This document shows, piece by piece, positions 1-12,283 of a stretch of DNA of 64,000 bases. The stretch covers positions 11,842,001 through 11,906,000 of the forward strand of contig NW_027361683.1 in assembly GCF_039654945.1 (NCBI RefSeq). The letters are read 5' to 3'. This DNA comes from Dendrobates tinctorius (taxonomy: Eukaryota). Position numbers and translations under genes: made by a program. The notes beneath the pieces are model-generated. The model had not been told where the DNA came from, searched no databases, and saw only the letters and a program-made list of their open reading frames with translations. The stretch's first letter is position 1; every line of letters starts with the position of its first letter.

Positions 1-704
1 CTCTACCTTGTGCAAGTCATTAGACTGGCTACCCATCCACTCCAGAATCCAGTACAAACTTATTACCCTCACCCACAAAGCTCTCCATGGCTCAGCACCA
101 CCCTACATCTCCTCCCTTGTTTCAGTATACCACCCTACCCGCACCCTCCGTTCTGCTAATGACCTGAGGTTAGCATCTTCAATAATCAGAACCTCCCACT
201 CCCATCTCCAAGACTATACACGTGCTGCCCCAATTCTTTAGAATGCATTTCCCAGGTCAATACGATTAGTCCCCAATCCTCACAGTTTTAAGCATGCCCT
301 GAAAAAGCATTTATTCAGACTGGCCTACTGCCTCAACACATTAGCCTAATCTATCCCTGTGTGGCACAGCCAAAAGTTTTACCATAACCAGGTTCCCCGC
401 ATCATGTTCCCACATGCTTTATGCATCCATTAGCCCTCCGTGTCTGTACTGTTACACACTTAACATTATGGCTGGTCCAAACAATCAGGGCAATTGTTAC
501 CACCCACCTTTCGTGTCTACCTCTTTCCTCATAGACTGTAAGCTTGCGAGCAGGGCCCTCATTCCTCTTGGAATCTGTTATGATCTATGTGATTATTGTT
601 ATGCTGTAATGCCTTTTGTCTGTACAAGTCCCCTCTGAAATGTAAAGTGCTGCGGAATATGTCGGCACTATAGAAATAAAATTTATTATTATTATTATTA
701 TTAT
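1..704 (+). mobile_element. L2-clade LINE 3' fragment (RT C-terminal remnant, 3' UTR and (TTA)n tail)
   Basis: ORF 8-241 LDWLPIHSRIQYKLITLTHKAL...RTLRSAND is the typical L2 ORF2 C-terminus. It ends TGTAAAGTGCTGCGGAATATG...AATAAAATTTATTATTATTATT. Homologous to 60834-61568. Confidence 0.85.
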
Positions 705-2962
705 TTGAGTATATACACTGGCGGAGAATGAAGGTCACTTATATGGAAGTCAGAGACTGCACCACACAGGCTCTATTTTAGGTGGGGCTGGTGTATTTGC
801 ATAGTCAGCTATAAATCCATAAAGTATCCACTTTATGGATGGTTGGCGGTAACTATTATGTGTATGTGACTGTGCAAGGTGATGGGGAACATGACGCTGA
901 CTGTCACTCACCACTAATCATTTGCATGCAATTTACAGCTCCTGTTCTGATGTAACCCCCTTCCCAACATGCGCCATACTGGTACTGCTCTGCGGGAATT
1001 GCGTTCCCGCAAACAGCAGTACTAGTATATAGCACCAATCGTGCGGCCTCACACTGAGAGCTGCGGCAACTGAGTGCAGACGTCAGCTGCAAGTGACAGC
1101 TGAAACTCCAGCTGCATGTGACAGCTGAAACCCCGCATCAATGTCCACAATCAATGCTAGCACTGATCGTGAGCATTTAACCACTCTGATGCCGCTGTCA
1201 GTAGTGACAGCGGCATAGTGAAGCATCGTGCATGGAGGGGGCTTCCTGCGCACTTCCATCAGAATAACGTGATGCGATCGCATTGGCCTGATGGTCCCAT
1301 GGAGACTCCCGGGACCAAGATGGCCACGGGGTCCTTCCGGGTCCTGCAGGGAAGGTAGCTAGAGAGAGCCTGCTGAGAGCAGGTACTGGCAAGCCTCCTA
1401 CACTGCCTGTCAGATCCTGATCTGATACTCTGCAGTGCAGCTATCTGATATTATATAGTGATGTCCCATCCTGCGACAATGTAAAAAGGTAAAAAAAAAA
1501 AAAAAATTGTAAAAATATTGTATAAAACTTTCCCGCTACTTAACCCCTTCAATGAACAACATAAAAAAATAAATAAAAAAGAATGCATTATCATCATACT
1601 GCCGAAGAAAAAGTGCAATAAAACGCGATCAAAAATAAGGATGTAAAAAAAAAAATATGTTACTATTGAAAATGTCATCTTTTCCCGCAAAAAGTAAGCC
1701 ACCATACAGCTCCATCAGCAGAAAAACAAAAAAGTTAAAGCTCTCAGAAAAAAATGATGCAAAAATAATTGTTTTCTGTAATATAGTTTTTTTGTGTAAA
1801 AGCGACAAAACATAAGAAAAATATAAATGTATCTCTGTAATTGTACTGACCAGAAGAATAAAGCTGTCTTATCAGTTTTAACACAGCAGAACGGTATAAA
1901 AAAAAACAAAAAGAAACAAAAGCAAGTCTGGAATTGCTGGTTTTTGTTCATTCTTTCTTCAAAAAATCGGAATTAAAAATTTCATGTGCCCGAAAATGGT
2001 GCCAAACAAATGTCAGCTCGTCCCAGAAAAAACAAACCCTCATATGACTCTGTCAGAAGAAATATGAAAAAATTATAGCTATCAAAATATGGTGATGCAA
2101 TAACTAGTTTTCGCAATAAAAAGTGTCTTTTACTGTGTGACAGAAGCCATACATGAAAACCCGATATAAATCTGGTATCGCAGTAAATGCACCGACCCGA
2201 AGAATAAAGTCACCTAATCACTTATACCACACGAGGAACGGCATAAAAAATAAATAAGACCAGTTCTTCGCATGCTGTTGATTTTTTCATTTGCCTCCCA
2301 AAGATCGCAATAAGGCTTGGCACACGATTATCCTGCACCCTGCGCTGAGAGCATACACCGGGGTTTCTGTGTAAATCTCTGAAATACGTGATCCAGACAA
2401 AACCCCCGGTGGAAGATTCCCTATAATAAGGCAGATGGAGGCACTGACCTGTGATCCGGCTTTGTAAGCCTTTTTAGGATTGCATAAAAGTGCCGTCAGC
2501 CACAGTTTTGTGCACTTCTGAAAAGGACACTGCTGAACAGGGGCCAGACGGAGTCCAGAGTAACTCTGCTGCCTCACTATAGTAAATGGATCCATCGGGG
2601 GTTTCATCTGTCAAGTCACACGAAGATTTAGATGGAAAACCCAATGTAAGTGCTCAGCGTAGAGCGCCGGATAAATGGGATCCCAAACGTTATGTAAAAT
2701 TTTCCAATAAAAGCTTCAACTAAATCCACAAATAAAGCAAGTCCCCACTCAGGTCCGTAATCTGTTAACGTAAATATAGGGGGCTTCTGCACTACTGGTA
2801 GCACAAAGGCTCTGGAAAAGCTAAATGGCTTCACGTTCCCCAAAAGAAATTATGCGCTCCCAAAACAAAATGCCCCCCTCCCTTCTGAGCCCAGTGTGCC
2901 TAAACAACATTTAACGCCCACATGTTTGGCATTTCTGTAGTGATGAGAGCCCACCGTGTCTC

Positions 2963-3983
2963 TGTAAGGGGAGGCCAGGATTGTAGTCAAGGCCAGAGAC
3001 ACAGAAGCATCTGTGTCCCGACCTTCCCTCACAGAAAACTTTAATCCACAACTAAGCGTACCTGCATCTCCAGTTTCAGGTCCCCCTGGGTACTTCCTAG
3101 GACAGCCCTTCTTCCAGGCGACCCCCAGTAATGGGGACACAGTACAGGATAACTTGAACGTTTTCTTTATTTAGAACTTCACATATTATATCCACAATTG
3201 GCACATCTTGGAATTCACATTCAACTTTACTTGCTTCCTCAGCTTTCCCTACTTTGCTGGTGCTTCTGTATGGCACATGTCCGGACCAGACCGTCTTAGA
3301 CTGCTTCCCAGCTTCTTCCTGGCCTAACCTAGCCATGATGACAATTCCTTCTACCTTTTTCACCTCAGACTCAAAATCATCAGCCATCCGGTTTTGTTGC
3401 CTCTGGAAATCATCCGATCCGTCTGTACCATTCCCTGCAAAGCTCCAACTTTCTTCTGTTGCTCACTCCAACCGACTCCCGCCCTAAAGACGTCCACCCA
3501 GGCTATGAATCGCCACACATTCTTCTTTCTGTACTGGCCCACTGCAATGATGCTCAGTGGCCGTTGATAACGTGGGCTGTAGCTGCTGAATGTTGCGTGG
3601 CTGCCGATCAATCCTGGGCCTATAGCCCATGTGGGTACTTCGGGCACTCTGGCCCCATCTGACTAACTTCCTCTCTGCTCTAACCTTAAGTCTCGGCAGC
3701 CCCTCCTACACTTAACCCTATACTATCTATTAACTGTTCTGTACACTAGAGTGCCCCCTCTAGTGTCCACCCAAGACTACTACACTTTCCCTATAGCGTA
3801 CATAAAAGAGTGAACATTATCACACTATATACAATGAGGAACATGAAAACAAAGCAATGGTAATACCCAGAAGTGGTAGCAGTACCTTATCATACATTAG
3901 GTAGTACATAGAACATGTAGCGATACCAGTAAAAAAAAAGGCATAAATACAGCAATGAACATTATTAAACCAACCCCTTTACA
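2963..3983. mobile_element. Solo LTR (~1.0 kb)
   Basis: TGTAAGGGG...CCCCTTTACA termini. Flanks TCTC/TCTT (4-bp TSD, 1 mismatch). Interrupts the host repeat GTGTCTC|CAGAAGCATGAG. Confidence 0.65.
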
Positions 3984-5696
3984 TCTTCAGAAGCATGAGC
4001 TGGGCATAATGTACTTGTCACTACAACGGCAGTTTGCAATTTTCACTGAGCAACATCCACTGCTGCCTGTCTCTGGAAAACACCCATGGAGTCAAAATTG
4101 TCACTACATCTGTAAATAAATTCCCAAAGGGCTATAATTTCCGAAATGTGGTCACTTGAGGGGATACTGCTTTTCTAGCACATAGAGGCTATTTATATGG
4201 AATCCGCAAACTAGTCTAGGAAATTCTGCATTCCAGGAGGCAAATAGCGCTCAGTCCCATCCGAGTCACTCCATATGGCAAAGTAGTACTGCATAGCCAC
4301 ATATGGGGTATTTCTACATTCAGTCGAAATTGTGGGACAAATTCTGTTGACATTTTTACCCATTTGCCAGTGTGAAAATGTAAAACTTGGGGCTAACACA
4401 CAATCTTGATGGTAAAAATGTAAATTATTTTTTCTTCACTGATCAATGGTATAAAAGTCTGTGGCACACCTGAGGTGTCAATATAATCACTACACCCTTA
4501 GATTAATACATTGAAAAGTTTAATTGGTAAAATGGGGTCACTTATGGATGGTTCTGCTGTTCTGGAACCTCAGGAGCTCTGCCAATGTAACATGGTACCC
4601 TCAAACAAGTGCAGCAAGATCTGCACTGTAATATGGCTCTACTTCTATTCTGAGCTTTGCACTGTGCCTTAAAAGTAGTTTTTGACCACATATGGGGGAT
4701 CGGTGAACTCAGAAGAAATTGCATAACAAACTTTGGAGTTAATTTTCTCCTTTTGCCCTTGTGAAAATGCAAAATTTGTAGCTAAAGAAGGTTTTTTGTG
4801 GGAAAAATGTGATGTTTTTTATTTTCATGGCTAAATGTTATAAACTGCTGTGAAGCACCAGGGAATTCAAGGTGCTCAATACACATCTATATAAGGTCCA
4901 AAATGGGTCTAGTTTCCAAAATGGTGTCAAATGTGGGGTTCCACTGTTTAGGCACATCAGGGGCTCTCCAAATGCGACATGGCGACTGTTAATTATGCAG
5001 GCAAATTTTACATTCAAAAAGTGAAATGGTGCTCATTCCCTTCCGAGCCCTGTCGTGTGCCCAAACAGTAGATTTCCCCCACACATTGGGTATCGTCATG
5101 CTCAGAAGAAAATGCACAACAAAACATATGGTCCATTTTCTCCTGCATATTTGTATTTCCCAGGGAGCATTGCACATAGGATTTGACTGATTGAGCACCT
5201 TTGCCAGCTGCCGCAGTGTTTTCTTTGACTAGTCTCCCTGAGGTCAGTGATTGTTTCGTGATGTTGGTCTACTAGGCATTGCACCCACCTAATGAGAAAC
5301 TGGGTCTGAGCAGAAAAAGTAAAGTAATGTGCATGCAAATTGTAATTGCATATGAACACATGACCTTTACACAGAGAAAACCAAAAACAAAACACAAAAC
5401 AAATATCCTGGAATAAAAAAGTAAAAAATCTATTGCAAAAATTGTATGAAGGTAGAAATAATAGTAATAAGGGTATTTAGTTAACATAATTTTGATCAAA
5501 ATAATGTAGAAGCCATCCCGCCACATCAAGGCAATGGCCTCTACATTACTTTGATCAAAATTATGTTAACTAAATACCCTTATTACTATTATTACTACCT
5601 TCATGCAATTTTTGCAATATATTTTTTACTTTTTTATTCCAGGATATTTACTTTGTGTTTTGTTTTTGGATTGCTCCCACCTAGTCAGAATCCTAC

Positions 5697-5740
5697 TCCA
5701 CACTGATGAGGGGCAACACCACGAAACAGCTGTCTGTGGA
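5697..5740 (+). ncRNA. Type I hammerhead ribozyme (copy 1)
   Basis: TCCACA-CTGATGA-GGGG-CAACA-CCAC-GAAA-CAGCTG-TC-TGTGGA: 6-bp stem I, CUGAUGA and GAAA cores, stem II with one mismatch, palindromic stem III, GUC cleavage triplet. Confidence 0.8.
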
Positions 5741-6097
5741 TGGATACCTGGCCTTGGTATTTCCCTTGTCTTATCTGTAAACTCGTAAAGAGCTGGATAT
5801 TGACTTAAAGGGACACTTAATATGGTGGTAATGGTGGTTTCCGAAAGGAGCCACCCCTTGGCTGGGGCCTTCCCTGGAGGAAGATCTGGCTAGTCCCGTG
5901 TTTGAGACTCTTAACTGAGGCTCCACAGACTTTATTTGCATATTTGTACTTCCCAGGGAGCATTGCACCTAGGATTTCACTGATTGAATGCCTTTGCTGG
6001 CTGCTGTAGTGTTTTCTTTGACAGGTCTCCCTGAGATCAGTGATTGTTTCGTGATGTTGGTCTACTAAGCATTGCTCCCACCTAGCCAGAATCCTAC

Positions 6098-6141
6098 TCC
6101 ACACTGATGAGGGGCAACACCCCGAAACAACTGTCTGTGGA
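6098..6141 (+). ncRNA. Type I hammerhead ribozyme (copy 2)
   Basis: TCCACA-CTGATGA-GGGG-CAACA-CCCC-GAAA-CAACTG-TC-TGTGGA: perfect stems I and II, GUC site. 401 bp from copy 1. Confidence 0.85.
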
Positions 6142-8190
6142 TGGATACCTGGCCTTGGTATTTCCCTTGTCATATCTGTAAATTCGTAAAGAGCTGGATA
6201 TTGACTTAAAGGGCCACTTAATATGGTGGTAATGGTGGTTTCCGAAAGGAGCCACCCCTTGTCTGGGTCCTTCCCTGGAGGAAGATCTGGCTAGTCCCGT
6301 GTTTGAGACTCTTAAATGAGGCTCCATGGACTTTATTTGCATATTTTTATTTCCCAGGGAGCATTGCACCTGGGATTTCACTGATTGAGCACCTTTGCCG
6401 GCTGCCTGTTTTCTTTGACTAGTCTCCCTGAGGTCAGCGATTGTTTCGTGATGAAGGTCCAAAAGGGGTCTAGTTTCCAAAATGGCGTCAAATGTGAGGA
6501 GTTCCACTGTTTAGGCACATCAGGGGCTCTCCAAATGCGACATGGCGACTGTTAATTATGCAGGCAAATTTTACATTCAAAAAGTGAAATGGTGCTCCTT
6601 CCCTTCCGAGCCCTGTCGTGTGCCCAAACAGTAGATTTCCCTCACACATTGGGTATCGGCATGCTCAGAAGAAATTGCAAAACAAAACATATGGTCCATT
6701 TTCTCCTGTTACCCTTGCAAAAGTAAAAAAAAATAGCTCTAAAGGAAAATATTTGTGAAAGAAAAGTAAATGTTTATTTTTTTTCTTCCACATTCCAAAA
6801 ATTTCTGTGAAGAACCTGAAGGGTTAATGAACTTCTTGAATGTGGTTTTGAGTAAATTGAGGGTTGCGGTTTTTAGAATGGTGTCATTTGGAGGTAGTTT
6901 CTGTCATACAGGCCCCTCAAAGTCACTTCAAATGTGAGGTGGTCCCTAAAAAAATGGTTTTGCAAACCTTGTTGTAAAAATGAGAAATTGCTGGTCAACT
7001 TTTAACCGTTATAACTCCCTTACAATTTTTTTTCCAAAATTGTTCTGATGTAAAGTAGACATGTGGAAAATATTATTTATTAACTATTTTGTGCTATATG
7101 ACTCTGATTTAAGGGCTTTAAATTGTGAAATTTTTTCAACATTTTTGCCAAATTTCCATTTTTTTAACAAATAAACACAAGTCACATCAAATAAATTTTG
7201 CCACTATCATAAAGTACAATTTGTCCCGAGAAAACATTCTCAGAGTCACCAGGATCCATTGAAGCGTTCAAGAGTTATTACCTCATAAAGGGACAGTGGT
7301 CAGAATTGTTAAAATTGGCCTGTCCAGGAAGATGAAAACAGGCTTCTGGGTGAATGGATTAATAACAATGTAAATGGCAGTGCCATGTATGAATTTTAAG
7401 ATCACTAGTTGCCCACAGTGCTAACTATTAGCCTCAGTGGCCATTATTTCCTTGTTATTACTCTATAGATTCTTGCTGATACTTGTGTACAGCAAGGAGA
7501 CATAAAAATGGCTCCTTTGTTGGCAAAGACTTGTGCCATGTTGAACGGACTCTGTTTTGCTGGTTTCAACTGCATTGTAACAGCACCTGATGGACCCCAA
7601 GACTGGGGTTGTGGTGCAAGCAAATAGAGAAAGTGTATTATAGGAAAGTGCTGATGGTGGCCATCAAGGGAGAGAAGAAGGTGAGAAAAGGTAGGACATA
7701 TTGCATCTCCAGCCAGTGGAATCCTCAGATCCATGTGTCCTAGGGAGACAAAGACAGCACCAGAAAACAGAAAATACCGGCTTGTTCCAGTTGAACCAGC
7801 AGGGGAGAAGTTTGCAGTGATGACTTCAAAAGGAAGGAGCTTAGCCAAAATTCCCATAAGCTGGAATCAGCACCGCCATCAGAGACCCCGCCATAAAGCC
7901 AGCAGTGGTTCCAAGCATCGCTTGGAGACTCGCCATCCCCTGTTCATGCAGTCATAGTCTGTGTAGATGCAACTTTGCGGTTTAACAGTGACCATACATA
8001 GCAGGGATCAGAGTGGAAGCATACAAGCACACAAACAGTTAGTTTGACGCCAATCTCAGACCGGCGGAAACAGGCACTTGATACTGCCAGTGTCCAAAGA
8101 CTCAGCTTTTTGAGCCACCAGTGCATTACAGAAACCACAGCAAAAAAGAGAAATCTACTGGAGAATATAGAGGTGCTTGAGGAGAAGCCC

Positions 8191-10740
8191 TGTGATGGAG
8201 TCAGCTTTTGCTGAGTCGTTTTCAAGAGTGGACCTTCTGGGTCGTGGCACCCACCCACTGAGGGCGAGCTGACCTTGTGAGGAACCACCCCCTATACAGG
8301 GAGTGTCAGGGGCAAGACCAAGAGGGTGAACCACCATGACTGCTGGAACCAGACGGCCGGCTCAGGTAGACACAATGTGTGAGTGTCTGACACAAGGGAC
8401 ATGCAGGAAACAAGACAAGACACGGCGTGGTTTCAAGGTATCTTCATTAAGGCAAACTCAAGGTAACATCAGGTGCAAGACATGATAACAGAGAAAACAC
8501 AACAAGGTGCGTGCGTGGCACGCCAAGGTCCATGGCATGGTACGTGCCAGGTGGCATGCCTGTTTACAGGCAAGGGCTCAATAGCATCGGACTCCGGACA
8601 GCTGGCAACGATTGACAGGATCAGGGCATCAGTCTGCGGACATCAGCTCTGGAGATCAGGCCGCAGTCGTCAGGCTTACGATCTCTGGCAGCAATCGGCA
8701 GGTTCAGGGCATCTGGCAGGCAAACCAGGGTTCAGGCAAGGAGGCACGACAGAGCTCCAGACATGGTGCGTGTTAGGGAACACGCCAAGATCCAAGGCAA
8801 AGTTCAAGGCAGGGGGCATGCTAGGGGCACACCAGGGTCCAAGGCAAGGTGCCAGGCAGGGTGCATGCTAGGAACATGCCAGGGTCCAAGGCTAGGTGCA
8901 AGGCAGTGTTCAACACACTAGGCAAGGTGCGTGTTTAGGGGCAAGCCAGGGTTCAAGGTCCAAGGTCCTGGGTGTGCTAGAGAAGCCACCAGGATTCAAG
9001 ATTCAAGGTCCTGCGTGTGCTAGAGCCACGCCAGGGGCACGGTACAAAGAATGGTCCTGGCCGTGATAGGAGGCACGCCAGGGTATATGGTTAACAGCAG
9101 GTCTCACACGTGCTAGGGAACACATCGGGCTTTGAGGTTCAGGACATGGTCCTGCACGTGCAGAGGGGCATGCCAGGGTACAAGCTAGGGTAAGGGCCTG
9201 CACATGCTAGGAGGCACGCCAGGGTTCAGGCTAGGGCCTTTGCGTGCAAGAGGGCACGACAGGGTACAGGCTAAGGCCTGTGCGTGCTAGAGGGCACGAC
9301 AGGGTACATTGCAGGACCTGAGTATGCTTTAGAGAAGCACGGGGAGGTATGCCAAGGAGCAGGCAAGGGCCTGTGCATGCTAAGAGGGCACGCAATGCAT
9401 AGTGCAGAGACGGCGTGGGTGCAAGGAAGCACTGAGCATGGCTGGGGCACTGGCTAGCTGGTTAGACTGAGGCTCAGACTGGCAGGCAAGACCAAGGCGA
9501 GCACGGCTGAAGCACAACAGGCAGACACAGCTAAGTCACTGGCCGAAGAGCACAGCTGAGGCACAAACAGGCGGGCACGGCTAAGGTGGGCACGGCTGAG
9601 GCACAGACAAGCGGGCGAGGGAAGACCAGGCGCGTGCAAAGGGCACACGAAGAAACAAGGCAAGGCAAGAAACAAGGCAAGACAAGGCTAGGCAAGGTAC
9701 AGAACAAGGAGCCGAACATGGGCAGAAGCACATAGCCAGGTCAGAGAGAGTATAGGGCTAGCAGCGGAACGTAGGCCAAAGCCCAGAGCCGGGTCAAGGC
9801 AGAACTTTGAGACTAGCCAGGAAATGTGTTAGAGAGCACCATAGGACAGAGTCTAACAGCGGAGCGTAGGCCGAAGCCCAGAGCCGGGTCAAGACAGAAC
9901 CTTGAGACTAGACATGAAATATACTAGCGAGCACCGGAAAACAGAGTAATGAAAACCGGGCAAAGACAGGGAACGAGAGAAGTACTACAAAGTTAAGAAT
10001 GGCAAAGGCAAGACATGATGAAACAGGCAAAGGCAGAGACTTAGGAAATACTACAAGGCACAGAATAGCAAAGACAAGACATGGCACAAAAGACAACACA
10101 AGACATGGCACGAGACATGGCATGAGACAAGAGGCAGAATACAAGCATAGAGCGTGTGCAGAGAGGCACAACAGGGCAACGTGCAGGGGCACAGAATACA
10201 GAGAGTGGCCCAGCAGGACCATGCAGCCTAGCAGGGAAGCAACACGATACTCAGGCCCCGAGCATAGGAAGGGGCGGTCTGATATAGGGCATTAGCACCT
10301 GAATTTCCACGTCAGGACCAGGAGAGGACTTCCGGTTCAGATCCTCCAGGATCATAAAGAGGAGAGCTGGATCAGACTGTGCTGGACCATAGAGAGGGTC
10401 ACATGGTCAGGTCCTCCAGGACCACAGAGAGGATTGCTGGATCAGATTCTGCTGGACCATAGAGAGGGTCACATGGTCAGGGCCAGAGCAGAGACGGGCG
10501 TGCACACAGCAACGGCATGCAGCCATGAGGTGCAGCCTGCTCCAGGAGTGACGCAGCAAAACAGTCATGAGGTGCACTTGCATACTGCTCCAGGGATCAT
10601 GCAGCATAATATTCATGAGGTGTGTGTGCACACTGCTCCAGGGGTCATGCAGCATAACGGACATGACGGATATAACAGTGAGGTGCGCATGCACACTGCT
10701 CAAGGGGTCATGCGGCATATCAGACATTGTGGGCATGACA
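8191..10740. mobile_element. Long solo LTR (2550 bp) with internal degenerate tandem repeats
   Basis: TG(TGATG)...(CATGA)CA termini with a perfect 5-bp TSD AGCCC (8186-8190 / 10741-10745). Purine-rich short repeats at 8750-10250 and ~57-bp repeats at 10525-10720. Confidence 0.8.
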
Positions 10741-11893
10741 AGCCCCTTTGTGCACATCTGAACATCAATAATTGTGTTCTATCTAGGGGGTTTAGAGTCA
10801 TTTTATTACATTTATGAGCTGCTGTGCTGCACCACCAGTAGGCCACTCCTGACATTCATTAGTTTCAGAGTTCCAGGTAAACGCTCAGTGACTACAATAA
10901 GCAAAATTTTTCAGTAAAAGTTAATCTGGCAAGTTTCGTGTTGGTTCTGTCCATGTCCATGGCTTCACTCTATGCTGGGGAGTCCACTCCAATACATGGT
11001 CTACAACAGCTGAGCTATAGGTCACTACTGTTGGTTAGAGCAGGGACCATAACCTAATCACTACGAATACCATGGTAATAAAAGAGTAAAACACTGACCT
11101 AAAATAAGACCGAAATTGCTGTCTCTTACAGAGAAATACACTCTTTAGTGACCTGCATTTTTATAACATGGCAGCCTGCCTGTCCTGCAGTCTCCTATTA
11201 TGGATCTACAGTAACAGGAGACAATGATTGGGACTGGCTGGTCTGTAAAATTAGGCAGCCCTATAGCTTGACACAGTGAATGCAGCCATGATCTACGGTA
11301 TATCAATATGCTAAAATAAAGGTCTAAGATAACGAGGAAGATATTTGTCTTTAGTGTGAGTTCTAAAAGCTCCTGGATGAAGCATTTCTATGCAAAATGA
11401 GCATTGGGTGCAGTGGGCACTTGATCTTTGATCTCTCCTTGAATGACTTTGCCATAAATATACAGGTATTATACTTTCATTTGATGCGTATTGTCTGCTA
11501 TACATGTAATCTCCTATAGATGGCTTACTTGGATTAGTTTATTAACTGCTCTGGCCATACATTCTACTTTTGAGATCCACCTCAGCACATATTTATGAAT
11601 TGTGTATGTATAGCAATGAATATATTGTTTTATCAAATTATATACGTAGGTTCTATTTATTAATTAGTCTGTATACCAACTTTGGTCTTTTTTATCTATT
11701 TATAAACATTTAGACTCAATGTCCCCTTTTCTAGAGTTGAGCGAAACGGGTCGAACAATATCAAAAGTCGCCGACTTTTGGCAAAGTCGGGTTTCATGAA
11801 ACGAAACCCGACCCTAGGATAAGGTCGGCCACGAGGTCGGTGACTTACATGCCAAAGTCGCGTTTCAAAAGTTTGTTTTGCGCTCTTTTTCAG

Positions 11894-12037
11894 CCAATCA
11901 GGATCCACGGACACTGTGGGCAACGTGATGACATAGGCAAGGGTCACCACCATCTTTCAGAAGGGCATGCAAGTGATTGGCTTGCTTGGTGGGCATCACA
12001 GGGGGTATAAAAGGGCGTGCACGCCGAGCGCCATCTT
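11894..12037 (+). promoter_or_regulatory. Putative Pol II promoter of the hAT transposase
   Basis: CCAAT (11894), ATTGG (11976), TATAAAA (12006-12012) and a YY1/initiator-like GCCATCTT (12030-12037), in canonical order and oriented toward the transposase. Confidence 0.6.
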
Positions 12038-12283
12038 ACTTCTGTATAGGGAGAGGTTGCTGATTCTGTAGGGAGAGCGTTAGGCAGGGAAGAAGACAAA
12101 AAAACTGCTTCTGCTGCTAGCGATTTGGCCTGCACAACACAACAGTCACTGTGTGTGCAGTGCAAGGGGAGGCTATATAGTGGTGTATCAGTGGTGTTGG
12201 TTGTTGGGCTGCCCTCTAAGGCTTCCTGACATTCCTGCATTGCTGTTTACCCACTGCTCCGCAAACTGCTTTTTTAAAAGCAA

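Larger units (their letters stand above)
5144..6453 (+). mobile_element. Penelope-like (pLTR/retrozyme-type) tandem ~401-bp repeat insertion with internal inversion
   Basis: Partial copy 5144-5291, long inverted repeat 5385-5669, then copies 5671-6071 and 6072-6453, each with a hammerhead core. Flanked by a ~254-bp direct duplication of host DNA (4893-5145 / 6454-6708). Confidence 0.75.
956..7358. mobile_element. Non-autonomous TTAA-type (piggyBac-like) DNA element, decayed, host to several nested insertions
   Basis: Begins (GTAA)CCCCCTTCCCAACATG and ends ...GGGTGAATGGA(TTAA). Internal blocks (1120-2280, 7272-7358) match the element at 60298-63294, which has TTAA-CCCC...GGGG-TTAA ends. Confidence 0.6.
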
